DNA of 60,316 nt from a virus (taxonomy: Duplodnaviria; Caudoviricetes): IMG/VR virus record IMGVR_UViG_3300022074_007082, positions 1 through 60,316 of that record, one strand, 5' to 3'. This document shows positions 28,301 through 38,665 of the stretch, piece by piece. The translations under genes and the position numbers were made by a program. The notes under the pieces are model-generated. The model was not told the DNA's origin. It made no database searches and saw nothing but the letters and a program-made list of their open reading frames with translations. Each line of letters begins with the position of its first letter. The first letter of the stretch is position 1.

Positions 28301-31300
28301 GGGACCTAGATGATGCAATCAAGAAGCTAGGAGAAGGTTCAGGTAACGGAAACATATTTGAAGATTATTTCTGGAGTTTTGAAGATCAATTTTCAAACAA
28401 TAGCTTGGAAAATATGGATTTAGCTTCCCAGCAACAAGATTATCTAGCTCAAGCATACAGTTCAGACATAACCAGCCTTAAGAGTTATAAGTCTAGTGAT
28501 AATATAGAGGATGCATGTCACCCTTGGATGACTCTAAATTTCGAGATTGATAATAATATCAACAGTGATAAATATAGAACTGCTGTCGATAATCTTAACG
28601 TTACTTTGACCTATGCTGTTGAATTAGAAATAGATGAACCCAAATTAGTATTAGACTTAGTAAAAATGGGCATTGTTGGTCTAGCAGGGACTTCTGCTCA
28701 GTATGTAGAGTTGGGCATAGACTTGCAAGAATTGTTTGATACTGTTGGTGGGTCAAATACTCTTTATTCTGAAAGTTTATTAAGCGGTTACGAGGCTTAT
28801 AACGCATCGTCTAATCCAAACGCCGGATCGCCTGTTGACTTTGGAGCATTCCCTTCTGTACTCCATTCATCCGATATTTCTTTTGAAGCTCAAAAGGCAG
28901 CGTTGGAAGCGCAGCCGATTATTAATGAAAAGATTGCAGAAGCTAAAAAGAAATACCCAGAGATAGATAATCCAATCAACAGTTATATCTGGCTCAAAGA
29001 TTCTTCTAAGAAAACAGCAATATATTCAAAGCCATCAGCTAGATCTACGATCCTAGGATATGTAGATAATTTTACAACTGTAAGGGTTCTTAAGGAGTGG
29101 GTCAATGGTGTTGGTGATTTTAACAGAATTAGAATACTTGACGAAACTACAGGAGAAATGAACAAAAAGTTGGGATATGTTGCCCCTGAGATTCTAGAGC
29201 CTGCTGTTGAGGATTTCTTCTTTTCAACTGGGATATCCGATGGCAAAGGTGTGTTTGATAACGGATCTCCGAAATTATCTCTTAAGCAAACACAAATAAA
29301 AGATATGTCTGAAATGGCTCGTGCAGTTGTCCCTACATGGTGGAAACAAACTGAACCATATTATTACCTTCAAGACGGAGAATATTGGCATACTGTAGAG
29401 TTGTTTGGCGAAGACTGTGTTATTGATGATACCGACTTAGAAGCAAAAAAAGAAGTTGCAATGCAAATTGGGTTAAGACAGCTTTTCGACTTTTATGGAA
29501 AGAAATATACAGACTCAACAATAAATAAGTTTGCAAAAAGCTATTTGGCTGCAAGAATTGATGGTTATATATTAGATATGCGCCCCGGATCCAGTATTAA
29601 GTTTTTGCTTAAGGTGGGAGGAATCTATTTTAATGCCATACCAAACAAGAAAAGAAGCCTTAATTCACTAAAGAAAAATACTCCTTATAAAATAGGGTTA
29701 AATCAGCAGTTTTATGAAAACCACCTAGTGCAAGCGCTTTATGGTCTAAACAGGATTTATTTAGATATAGCAACATCTGAATACACCCTAAGAGGGATTA
29801 ACTTCATAAAAGAGATTGAACGTTTAGAGCAGGTCCCTCTTCTTCTCAAGAGGATGTTGGCTGTCAACAACGTCGATGTTACAACAAGCGAAGAAAATAC
29901 AATAGAATTGGGGTTTGATTATTCATTTAAGCTAATTTATATTTCTTATATAGAAAGATCTACTGGCAAAGAGAGGATATTAGATGTTGGATACGGCTAT
30001 TTTACTAGTCTGAATCCTATAAATAACCCAAACACCATGTCTCTCTTTTATAATCACAGAGCATTACGCAATCCGTTATTGAAGTGGAGAGATGCGGTAA
30101 ACAAATACTTTATCAATCCAAAGCCACAAATTATCAAAAAGAATACTCCGTCAAAAGCAGACCCGTCAGCCAATAACGTTTGCGGACCCTTAACTTACAA
30201 CCTCCCCGGCTGGAGGGACATACTGGGTCCAATTGCTGCGAATTTAGATAAGCAATTGGCACTAGATCCTAGATTTGATCTAGGGTCTTTTCAATTTAGT
30301 TTGTATAAATATTTGCCTCCGTGCCCCAAGCCACCATCTGGAGTTGGAGACACATTCCTATATGGTGAGTATGAAATTAATCAAGAAAAAGAATTTTTTA
30401 CTAATTTAGAAGCTTTGACACAAATTGAAAAAGCTTTTGATTTAGATAACGCCAAAGAATATGTGGGAGATTGGTTCTCATCAGCAGATGCAATTGATGA
30501 TATTAGGGCTAAAATATTTGATCTAGAAGACGTAGAAAAATATATGGGAAGTCTCTTTGGCACAAATATGTCTGAGATTATAACAAATATATACAGCAGA
30601 ATTTGTAAATGTTTTCTCGATATAGCAGGCATTGACACAGTTACATTGCCGAATCTGGAACTTGATGCAAATGCTGGCTCCATTGGTGCGAACTTAAATC
30701 CAAGCAATATATTAGATCCCAATACAGAAATAGGTCAAATACAAAACCCATCAGCAAGTGGAGTAAACCCTTTCAGTGATCCGGGTAAAGACTTCGACGC
30801 AGAAAACTTGTTCTGCTCCTTTTGTATAGAAATACCATCGTTCTTTCTTAGGTTGCCCACAACAAACATTATGGATGTGATTGTGGCAGCATTGAAGAAA
30901 TTATTAGAATTATTGCTAGCCCAATTAATATTGGCTCTTATTCAAGCACTGTTGGATATTTTGTTAACCTGTCCTGAGCTTTCTTGTCCTGAAGGCGAGA
31001 GAAACGTAAGAGATTATGGCGCAAATAATTTAGCTGATATTTTCACTGAAGACTCAACTGGAACACCAGTGCCAGCATTCTTTCAAGGGTGTGGTCTTAT
31101 AATAGACGACCAACAATTGACTGCTGACGAAGTTTTAGCTTTCATGGATACGATTTCCCGAAGATTGACATCGGGAGAGTGTCTGTCTTTGATAACAGGT
31201 GGAATCAACGATGCAATGATGAAGGTTGCGAAAGAAGAGATAGCAAAATATCCCGGCATACAAAACCAATTGGATAACGAAGCCAAGATAGAAGACTTTT

Positions 31301-34300
31301 TCGCTTGTGCTGGCATAGGTCTTCCGCCTGAAACTGTAGCCCAATTAGAAGATGACATATTAAATAAATATAAGGACCCAGAAGTGTGTTCAAATATTTT
31401 AAATGATGCAAAAGAAAAATTGGCTGAAAGATGTGGGGCTTCTGATTTACTAGACGCTTCCGTTGACAATGCTTTGAACTTTGATATCGATAAATATAAG
31501 AAGCTTGCAGATGCAATTAGAAAAAACCAAAACTTATCAAATGACATTCCATCCCTATTTGGTGACTGCTTTGGTAACCAAGGTGTGTTAAGTGGGTTAC
31601 CAAATCCAGCGTTGGATTTTGCGGTAGAACAATCTGTAGAGGCTATTGTTGAACCAGTTAGGAGAGCAATGAAAAGAGAATTGTTTAACTTGACAAAGCC
31701 AATATTGGACTTAAACAGTTCTAGCAGCAGCCCAATCGCAACTCAAGCTGCTTTAGTTAACCACAGCCCAAAGATAGCAGATATGAAGAGAAGCAATTCT
31801 ATGGCAAATGCAATAGAGCTTTGCAGCCTCCATTCAGGCTTGCCAGCGGCATCAACTGCAATGATCATCGCCCCCGGAGCAGGAATCCCAATTGCAATCG
31901 CCGCTTTATCTACATTCCCTAGTTTTACAGGAGACACTACTTTTAAGGATGTCGTATTTGGAGCAAACATAAAAGTTAACAAAAACTTGCAATTAGAAAG
32001 CGCAGATGAAACCCTGCCAATCGATGTAGTGTTGGCTGACTTGGGAGATAATATAATCATTCAAACACCTCAAGACTTAGATAATGAAGGGGCAACAGCT
32101 AGAATTACAGTCCCAATCAACGAAGCGACAGGGGAATCCATGCAGCTTCAGCTTCTTCCTGCGTCAACTGACGACGACGGAAATATTATATACACTGATA
32201 ACTATTCTCTAACTTTGACTGTCAAGGATACACTAGGGGTCGAGGGCTTGGACACAATCCAGCTAATTCCAAAAGACAATCAGTTGCCTGACCAACTGGT
32301 AAATCACTTACAAGACTATAGCGTTGACACTACATCAAAAAGCCCACCACAGGCACAGTATTTCGCAGAGCTTGTATTAAGTAATCTAGAAAAAGATTCA
32401 GGAAGTGATGGGCTGACAGAGGAATTTAGAACATTTCTAAAGGAAACCCTAGAGAATGATATATATTGGACTATCTGGAGAGCATCTTTAGATTATATGG
32501 CTGATTCTCTTGCAGATTGCGAACTATTAAGAGAATATGAGCTTAATAGGCAAGATGAATTCATTGGATTTAATCCGTTTCTTTTTATTCCGGGACTGGC
32601 TGTTGTAATAGGTCTTGCTGGTGCTACAACTTCCGTGGGTCAAGAGGAGGCAAATCTTTTTTACGGTGGTAAATTTTTAAGAAAAGAGATGACCAATCTA
32701 GATATGCAATCTTATGGCGATACAGACGGAATCATAAACATTGAAAAACTAAAGAAAACAATAAAAGACAACTATGATTTCTCCAGAGCACATGATCCAA
32801 ATTCAGAACAAATGGGTATGCCACATTATGCGATTTTGCAAGGATTAATGTCAGGCTTAATTCAGCTTTTTGTTGGAGAAATATTCGTTAGAGGTATTGT
32901 GCCACTTTCTAAGTTTCCCATCGATGTAATGACCTCTGAAGAATACACCGTAGAAATTATCTATAGAAATATGAGCGAATGGCTGAATACGGGCTCTCCC
33001 GAATTTAAAGTGAAGTTTGTTAAAATAATGAGAGAAATATTCAAGCCCTGCAATAGCAAAACAATCTTATTTGTGTCAGATACCCCAGACGATGAAACCG
33101 CAGGAATCCCCGGAACAGCTACTGGCTTTGAAAAGGACTATAGAATAGAAAGTTGGGAAGATGGTTTGAGGTTCTTAATTAGACAGGAGATGTATGGACC
33201 GGCAAAGTTTATTAAAAACAAACTCGCATCCTTTAAGACATCATCTGGAACCAGTATAGCTCCGGCAAACCCAGTTACTGCCATAACTTATGGAAAAATG
33301 CTGTCAGTTCCCGATGGGGCGTTCCAGAGAGAGCAGGACAACAACTCATTGTTCAGCGGTGAGAAGAAAGAAGCATTTAAAAATGGTAAGTTATTTTTAC
33401 AGTATTATTTTGAGGTTGTTGATTGGGAACCAGAAGACGAGCAATACAATGCTGCTGTCGCACAAAGAGACGAAAGCTTAAAGGGAATATTGAGCGAAGA
33501 CAACTTTGTAGAATTAATATCAAGGCTCTGTGGAATTCCAACTGGTTTTCCTCAAAACTACGAATCTAATAACGCTATCTTGACAAAATCACCAGAAGGA
33601 GATACTGCATCAGACGATCTTGATCTGCCTTTTAAAGATTTATTCAAGGAGATTAATTTTGGATTAAGAATGTGCTATGGAGCCATTCAAACAACACAGA
33701 CGGAAACTCCCGGCGGAAAGCCGATATTAGAAGATCAAAATCCAAAAATATCTAATTTTATTAATAAGATAAAAGAATTTGTAAACCTTGGCGACGGAGA
33801 GATATTATTTCTTAACGAAAATGAACAATCTCCATCCTTGACGCCACAATACGTTCCGGGTCCACAGGATGACATATTTAAATTTTCCAAATTAACTAAG
33901 TCATTGCTGTTGGCAGAAGATTTTAGAGGATTTGCCGAGTACGGCGTAGACACTCCCGAGTCTAATGCACTAGGCGCAACTTGGGAAGTGATTGATCCCC
34001 TATATACTGTTGTTCTGCCTTTGTTTACTCAAAAAGTTAGAATTGCTGGCGAAGGGTCTTACGAGGGAGGGTATCCCCTGTTCAATAGTAATACAGCTAC
34101 TTTGAATTACTTGGCAGACCAATTTAGGCTCTTCACTGCTAGCGCAGCCTCTGGCACTGGATATCCATCCAAGGTTATGAATAAGCTTAGTCTAGACTTC
34201 TTTACAAGCCCTGAATATGAAGGAATATTCAGGTATGCAATCCCCATTCCTAAAATGGCTTCCATGTTAACAGTACACAACGTCGCAATTGCAAGTAAGG

Positions 34301-34410
34301 ACAAGAATGTGACCAAAGCGTTCAACCTCACCAAAGCGCAGCTTAAAGACCTCATCAAAAAGACTACAAACTTTGTTGGTCCTCAAATGTACAAAAAACC
34401 TTTTGTGTAA
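25387..34410 (+). CDS. Giant 3007 aa probable virion protein with an internal SH3b-like domain
   Basis: Uninterrupted 9 kb ORF within the baseplate module; IYSKPSARSTILGYV..FTTVRVL...GYV at about 29000-29190 is SH3b-like; function unknown. Confidence 0.6.
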   Translation: MSLAQSAYFKAKPKQNVKVKAIASIELPFYEGSAKGDYYAANSIPSNGVPRKLTKNGVLYSDGASSPVNTTSWMNPSSEYGFRTPEEQYVYRYGTEYSGNNIAGDASSNKVSFEAIYCEWDKYKFSNFVIESLVGKALTQAIAYNYFGYPISNVSRRIDLDYDNEQDIAWGFGRMPNLGSADPLEPVPVEDMNMNAGSIGGFITLRNNGADISAALTGINPVTVANDITILDENTNDDVYSRYVKMLGAYRKGGTTFVKADEFVQYYTNSHIFEIRDYPVNQPSLFGTPPVFGGKNNSGTKENNPSLGEHEDFESGRSPDENYLFIKKLDAEGSLGLISVDLSDSSTLKSIQDKASEKYNNVYQPVGKTQARMWYPSFQTSLSSSPLYVTMGGSDGIKRSDWYFDSVNLTHDNQSPDGEPASLTEEEGYNANFKTSNLVSMFKLVPAGIPQEERDKFVKNPHFTLNHILPKMMEYVAKVVPQNPRFAGPKPASVEPGAKTFKPYLSWFESATVKEADIETNDVDSSELEEENYYSGCSPIQVHRVVSGSFFEFQTGRKYINAPYLARDPRPEVVLNGELTPNSKYEKLGTQEKRVANDKYSIGYFKKSTSQPPQVNIDYASKFGLWNNDWIGGYAAKYYKKDGTSQNDSTVPPNSEGYSTFTSVRPGGFMVLPRNTRTIKSMLNSLPTQNFYGLEAIAEAIDNGAQSFELTKLASDLWLSYHFATKPNGMGFTDNLPAYYSDAIRTTFADWDNEAKWVDLTFTLNTLYDQKVVNGSDIQYFPSPSIEDVDPAELYGSKFSLFNDVKPLLFSANNTNYINKQQGYAGRPKVSTGLQDPGIHSFDQFLNSQSIQDERGANVPVKVRRVSQLEFPIWNWKRGGGEGWADLDSINWPSLIEDPANSNSPYATSGFNTWKKYVEQQPALLEQARECVPNWVKSLRIYPTVKEDALKYGFIPNTLPITKQKIIFKSEWDLDDAIKKLGEGSGNGNIFEDYFWSFEDQFSNNSLENMDLASQQQDYLAQAYSSDITSLKSYKSSDNIEDACHPWMTLNFEIDNNINSDKYRTAVDNLNVTLTYAVELEIDEPKLVLDLVKMGIVGLAGTSAQYVELGIDLQELFDTVGGSNTLYSESLLSGYEAYNASSNPNAGSPVDFGAFPSVLHSSDISFEAQKAALEAQPIINEKIAEAKKKYPEIDNPINSYIWLKDSSKKTAIYSKPSARSTILGYVDNFTTVRVLKEWVNGVGDFNRIRILDETTGEMNKKLGYVAPEILEPAVEDFFFSTGISDGKGVFDNGSPKLSLKQTQIKDMSEMARAVVPTWWKQTEPYYYLQDGEYWHTVELFGEDCVIDDTDLEAKKEVAMQIGLRQLFDFYGKKYTDSTINKFAKSYLAARIDGYILDMRPGSSIKFLLKVGGIYFNAIPNKKRSLNSLKKNTPYKIGLNQQFYENHLVQALYGLNRIYLDIATSEYTLRGINFIKEIERLEQVPLLLKRMLAVNNVDVTTSEENTIELGFDYSFKLIYISYIERSTGKERILDVGYGYFTSLNPINNPNTMSLFYNHRALRNPLLKWRDAVNKYFINPKPQIIKKNTPSKADPSANNVCGPLTYNLPGWRDILGPIAANLDKQLALDPRFDLGSFQFSLYKYLPPCPKPPSGVGDTFLYGEYEINQEKEFFTNLEALTQIEKAFDLDNAKEYVGDWFSSADAIDDIRAKIFDLEDVEKYMGSLFGTNMSEIITNIYSRICKCFLDIAGIDTVTLPNLELDANAGSIGANLNPSNILDPNTEIGQIQNPSASGVNPFSDPGKDFDAENLFCSFCIEIPSFFLRLPTTNIMDVIVAALKKLLELLLAQLILALIQALLDILLTCPELSCPEGERNVRDYGANNLADIFTEDSTGTPVPAFFQGCGLIIDDQQLTADEVLAFMDTISRRLTSGECLSLITGGINDAMMKVAKEEIAKYPGIQNQLDNEAKIEDFFACAGIGLPPETVAQLEDDILNKYKDPEVCSNILNDAKEKLAERCGASDLLDASVDNALNFDIDKYKKLADAIRKNQNLSNDIPSLFGDCFGNQGVLSGLPNPALDFAVEQSVEAIVEPVRRAMKRELFNLTKPILDLNSSSSSPIATQAALVNHSPKIADMKRSNSMANAIELCSLHSGLPAASTAMIIAPGAGIPIAIAALSTFPSFTGDTTFKDVVFGANIKVNKNLQLESADETLPIDVVLADLGDNIIIQTPQDLDNEGATARITVPINEATGESMQLQLLPASTDDDGNIIYTDNYSLTLTVKDTLGVEGLDTIQLIPKDNQLPDQLVNHLQDYSVDTTSKSPPQAQYFAELVLSNLEKDSGSDGLTEEFRTFLKETLENDIYWTIWRASLDYMADSLADCELLREYELNRQDEFIGFNPFLFIPGLAVVIGLAGATTSVGQEEANLFYGGKFLRKEMTNLDMQSYGDTDGIINIEKLKKTIKDNYDFSRAHDPNSEQMGMPHYAILQGLMSGLIQLFVGEIFVRGIVPLSKFPIDVMTSEEYTVEIIYRNMSEWLNTGSPEFKVKFVKIMREIFKPCNSKTILFVSDTPDDETAGIPGTATGFEKDYRIESWEDGLRFLIRQEMYGPAKFIKNKLASFKTSSGTSIAPANPVTAITYGKMLSVPDGAFQREQDNNSLFSGEKKEAFKNGKLFLQYYFEVVDWEPEDEQYNAAVAQRDESLKGILSEDNFVELISRLCGIPTGFPQNYESNNAILTKSPEGDTASDDLDLPFKDLFKEINFGLRMCYGAIQTTQTETPGGKPILEDQNPKISNFINKIKEFVNLGDGEILFLNENEQSPSLTPQYVPGPQDDIFKFSKLTKSLLLAEDFRGFAEYGVDTPESNALGATWEVIDPLYTVVLPLFTQKVRIAGEGSYEGGYPLFNSNTATLNYLADQFRLFTASAASGTGYPSKVMNKLSLDFFTSPEYEGIFRYAIPIPKMASMLTVHNVAIASKDKNVTKAFNLTKAQLKDLIKKTTNFVGPQMYKKPFV

Positions 34411-34441
34411 ACTTAAACGGTTAAAAAATATACATAAAGTT

Positions 34442-34449
34442 CTATTTAT
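34442..34449 (+). promoter_or_regulatory. Candidate late promoter element CTATTTAT
   Basis: Intergenic, upstream of a GAGGA ribosome-binding site and the gp25-like gene. Confidence 0.55.
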
Positions 34450-34469
34450 AGGAAAAGCGAGGACTTCAT

Positions 34470-34868
34470 ATGGCTTATTATTCTCCACACCTACCTCTTA
34501 CCAGAGACAAGACAAATGGCTATAAATTAACAGAAACTTTGAAAGAGGTGGTAAAGCAAAATTTTAAAATGTTATTGTTGACAATGCCGGGGGAAAGAAT
34601 CATGATCCCCGAATTTGGCGCTGGTCTGTACCAATATTTGTTTGAGAATGTAACTCCAGAACTAAGACAAAAGATAGAGGCTAGAATTAGAGAACAAACG
34701 GGTCAGTATATGGCATTTATAAAAATAAGAAACCTAGATATACAAGAAGGCTCAGACGAATACGGAAAAGCAATTTCTAATTCCTTGTTTGTGACAATAG
34801 AATACTTTATAGATTCATTGTCCGAAGTTGATGTTCTGAACTTGACAGTATCCCAACAAAATGTTTGA
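34470..34868 (+). CDS. Baseplate wedge / sheath initiator, T4 gp25 / P2 gpW family
   Basis: VKQNFKMLLLTMPGERIMIPEFG signature; 132 aa. Confidence 0.92.
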   Translation: MAYYSPHLPLTRDKTNGYKLTETLKEVVKQNFKMLLLTMPGERIMIPEFGAGLYQYLFENVTPELRQKIEARIREQTGQYMAFIKIRNLDIQEGSDEYGKAISNSLFVTIEYFIDSLSEVDVLNLTVSQQNV

Positions 34869-34916
34869 TATTCAATATTTATTACTACTTATTAAAACAA
34901 AGGAAATACTTTTCAT

Positions 34917-36719
34917 ATGAAGACAAGAAGAACAAACATTCCTCCAATAAATTACACAAGTAGGGACTTTGGAACAATCAAAGAGGACTTGGTGTCTTAT
35001 GCCAAAAGATATTACCCTGATACGTTTCAAGATTTTAGTGAGGCTTCCTTTGGTTCCTTGATGTTAGATATGACTGCGTATGTTGGCGATGTTGTATCTT
35101 TTTACCTAGACTATCAAGTAAATGAGTCTTTTCTAGATTCTGCGGTTGAAAACCAAAATATTAATCGACTAGCAAGGCAGATGGGCTATAGACAATCTGG
35201 CACATCGGTGTCAGAGGGAATAGTAACAGTTTATATAATAGTACCAGCATCAAGCACGGGAATAAGTCCTGACTTGAGATACGCCCCTGTTTTAAGAAAT
35301 GGGACAAAATTTACCTCATCTACTGGCGTAACTTTTACCCTAATTGAAGATATCGATTTCGGAAATTCAGAAAACGAAACTATAGCTGCCGCAGTAAATG
35401 CAACGACAACCTTGCCAACGAGCTATGCAATTAAAGCAAGGGGAAGAATCAGGTCTGGAGAATTAAAGGTAGAATATTTTAGTGTTGGAGAATATGTAAG
35501 ATATCCAAAATTTACTTTAGCAGATAACTTTATAACTGAGATTGTCGACGTTTTTGATTCTGCTGGAAATAGATACTTCGAAGTAGATTACTTGTCCCAA
35601 GATACTGTTTACTCGCCAATCATAAATAGAGGCAATGACAGCAACAATGTGCCATATATTATGAAGCCCAAAGTCGTACCAAGGAGATTCGTTACAGAAT
35701 TCCAAGGAAATAGAACAACAATTCAATTTGGACACGGATCAGAAGAGAATCTAACATCAGATGTAGTGTCGGACCCGTACAACGTGGTCTTAGATATGCA
35801 TGGCAAAAATTATGTTACAGATAAATCCTTTGACCCAACAAGCCTAATCGAAACAGATAGCTTAGGCGTTGCCCCATCGAACACAACTTTGACAGTTATT
35901 TATCGCTCAAACAATAGCCAGAATGTAAATATCTCAGCTAATTCTTTAGAATCATTGGCTGATGTTGATATTAGGTTTAAAAATGCAAATACGCTACAGG
36001 ACTCAATTATTAGAGACGCTATATCTTCCTTAGAGTATGAGAATGAGGAGCCTATTGTCGGCAATGTGGATGCAATTGGGGCAGAGGAAATAAGACAGAG
36101 AGCGTATGGATTGTATGCAGCACAAAACCGAGCCGTAACAAAAGAAGACTATAAGGCTATAATATACAAAATGCCTTCAAAATTTGGTGCGATAAAGAAG
36201 TGCAATCTGGTACAGGATAAAGATTCTTTCAAGAGAAACCTTAATTTGTACGTAGTTTCGGAAAATTCGAATGGAAATCTAATAACAACGCCACAAACTT
36301 TAAAAAACAATTTAAAAACTTGGATCTCAAACTATAAAATGATTAATGATACAGTTGATATATTAGATGGGAAAATTGTTAATATCGGCATTGAATACGA
36401 AATAATGGTAGATAGCGAAGAGAACAGGTTCTCGGCTTTAGACTTATCTAACAGGGTTTTGGCAAACAGATTTTCCAGAAAGTTTGACTTTGGAGAGCCA
36501 CTAATGTTTTCTGATATTCTTCAAGCGCTTAAAAACATACCAAATGTTTTAGATGTGGGGCAGGTAAGAATAGTCAAACGGTCTGGCTCGCAATACTCAA
36601 GTATTGATTTTAACATACAAAGGTATACTAGTGCAGATGGTAGATCAATAATGCCACCAGAAGATTTCATTTTCGAAATTAAAATACCAAGTTCAGATAT
36701 AAGAGGCACCGTAATTTAA
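34917..36719 (+). CDS. Baseplate wedge subunit, T4 gp6 / baseplate J family
   Basis: YTSRDF, FYLD...NESFLDSA, LARQMGY, IQFG.G and QNRAVTKEDY; follows gp25. Confidence 0.9.
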   Translation: MKTRRTNIPPINYTSRDFGTIKEDLVSYAKRYYPDTFQDFSEASFGSLMLDMTAYVGDVVSFYLDYQVNESFLDSAVENQNINRLARQMGYRQSGTSVSEGIVTVYIIVPASSTGISPDLRYAPVLRNGTKFTSSTGVTFTLIEDIDFGNSENETIAAAVNATTTLPTSYAIKARGRIRSGELKVEYFSVGEYVRYPKFTLADNFITEIVDVFDSAGNRYFEVDYLSQDTVYSPIINRGNDSNNVPYIMKPKVVPRRFVTEFQGNRTTIQFGHGSEENLTSDVVSDPYNVVLDMHGKNYVTDKSFDPTSLIETDSLGVAPSNTTLTVIYRSNNSQNVNISANSLESLADVDIRFKNANTLQDSIIRDAISSLEYENEEPIVGNVDAIGAEEIRQRAYGLYAAQNRAVTKEDYKAIIYKMPSKFGAIKKCNLVQDKDSFKRNLNLYVVSENSNGNLITTPQTLKNNLKTWISNYKMINDTVDILDGKIVNIGIEYEIMVDSEENRFSALDLSNRVLANRFSRKFDFGEPLMFSDILQALKNIPNVLDVGQVRIVKRSGSQYSSIDFNIQRYTSADGRSIMPPEDFIFEIKIPSSDIRGTVI

Positions 36720-38665
36720 TGGCTATTAAAAAATATATTGCTAACGCTGACAACACAATAAGTAACGCTTTCAAGGTAGACCTCCAAACTAGAGGTACAG
36801 GCTCAAATATGGGCGCAGCAGATGTCCTAGAGGCGTTCTATATCTCAGGTCAAGTATCATCCTCCTCTGGGTTATCTTCAGAAAAATCAAGAATTCTTGT
36901 TCAATTTGATATAGATAAGATGAACGAGGATAGGACGAACGGGCTAATACCACTTAGTGGAAACGTTTCATGGTATCTCAATATGTATAACGCCCCTCAC
37001 GCTTATACTTTGCCAAAAGATTTTAAAATGGTTATTAAAGTCTCTTCTGGTTCTTGGCAAGAGGGATATGGTTTGGATATGGATAACTATACAGACCAAA
37101 CATACGAAGGGACTGGATCTAACTGGATAAGAAAAGGCGCAGCAGGCGATGGTAACTCCACTTGGTTAACCGAGGGTGGTGATTTCGCAGAAAGTCTTCT
37201 ATCCCCAGCCTATACTGCTTCCTTTGCTGACGGTACAGAAGATTTATCTGTTGATATTAGCGATATTGTTGAAGACTGGATGACCGGCGGCGCTGCGGCT
37301 ATAGGAAATTTTCAAGTTACCTCAACAGGCTCTCTGCCATCTGTTTTTAACGGCGCAGAGTTTACATTAAAAGATTCCCAAGGCACTTCGGTAACTTATA
37401 CTTTTGATACCTCAACCACTACCAGTGCTGGAAGCACTATCGGCTTATCTGGTGCAAATTCAAAAACAAAGATCCAGCAAGCGATCAGAGACGCAGTTAA
37501 CAACACAGGCGTATTGAGGATGTCAGCAGCCGATGATGAGAGCGCCTCCCCCGTAGTAGGCAACAATCTGACTATGGACGATATTGGATTGGCAGGCAAC
37601 AATGTCGGAGGATTGGGAGATATAGACATAACAGGCTCTAATGTCCCCGGAGCATTGCTACTTATAGGTTTAGAATTTGTAAACGGCACAGGAATACCCA
37701 ACTACGGACTGGGAGTATTCTTGTCTTCAAGTTTTGAAACAGGCGAAAAAAGCAATTACACCAAAAAGTTCTTTTCTAGAACTAGCGAGTATTTCTTTAA
37801 GAGACCAGCTCTGGAAGCCAGGTGGGATTCTTCGGAGAAAGATAATGCTGCTAACTTTGTTCTTAGCAGCTCTTTAGCCACCGGAGAAGACAACCTAAAC
37901 ACCTTATATCTATACAATTATGTTAAAGGTAAGCTGCAAAATATCCCAGCCAACGCATCTCATACAAATCCATCAGTCAATATGAAGGTGAGCTTATATT
38001 CAAACTCTGTTGGCAACATTCATGATAAATTAAAATTACCCAAAGGCGGTGACGTTGCTAGTACAAACGACACAAATGCAGTGGGAGGCATTATTTCGAC
38101 AGGCGTATACACAGCTTCTTTAGCTATGAGCCACTCTGAAGGAACAGCCGGATTTTCAGGCTCTGTATATGCTATGTGGCATTATAATGACTTAGTGACA
38201 TATCACACTAGCTCTGAGATATCTGTATTCAAGTTGAACGCATCAAATTATAACCCTGATCCTGACTATGTTACATCTATAGACAATTTAAAAGCAAATT
38301 ACTCAAGAGACGAACAAGCAAGATTCAGGTTGTTTGTTAGATCGAAAAACTGGAGCCCAAATAATTATACGGTTGTTCAGGCAGAACCCGCGAGTGAAGT
38401 TATAGAAGATGCTTATTATAAATTATACAGAACTGTAGACGATTATTGCGTAATTCCTTTTGGAACCGGCTCTGCTACGTATCCACAGGCTAATGACTCA
38501 AAAGGATCATATACGAGATTATCTTACGATATTTCTGGTAATTATTTTGATTTAGATATGGATCTATTGCAGTCTGGTTACGAGTATGGTTTAAAGTTTG
38601 CTTATTATCTAAACGGATCCTACAGAGAACAGAAAGAAGTATTTAAGTTTAAGGTTGAAGATTAA
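36719..38665 (+). CDS. Structural protein with DNRLRE/CBM96-like N-terminal domain
   Basis: SRILVQFD, W...GGD, DISDIVEDW...NYGL and P.LEARWD pattern; located between gp6 and the gp7-like gene. Confidence 0.55.
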   Translation: MAIKKYIANADNTISNAFKVDLQTRGTGSNMGAADVLEAFYISGQVSSSSGLSSEKSRILVQFDIDKMNEDRTNGLIPLSGNVSWYLNMYNAPHAYTLPKDFKMVIKVSSGSWQEGYGLDMDNYTDQTYEGTGSNWIRKGAAGDGNSTWLTEGGDFAESLLSPAYTASFADGTEDLSVDISDIVEDWMTGGAAAIGNFQVTSTGSLPSVFNGAEFTLKDSQGTSVTYTFDTSTTTSAGSTIGLSGANSKTKIQQAIRDAVNNTGVLRMSAADDESASPVVGNNLTMDDIGLAGNNVGGLGDIDITGSNVPGALLLIGLEFVNGTGIPNYGLGVFLSSSFETGEKSNYTKKFFSRTSEYFFKRPALEARWDSSEKDNAANFVLSSSLATGEDNLNTLYLYNYVKGKLQNIPANASHTNPSVNMKVSLYSNSVGNIHDKLKLPKGGDVASTNDTNAVGGIISTGVYTASLAMSHSEGTAGFSGSVYAMWHYNDLVTYHTSSEISVFKLNASNYNPDPDYVTSIDNLKANYSRDEQARFRLFVRSKNWSPNNYTVVQAEPASEVIEDAYYKLYRTVDDYCVIPFGTGSATYPQANDSKGSYTRLSYDISGNYFDLDMDLLQSGYEYGLKFAYYLNGSYREQKEVFKFKVED

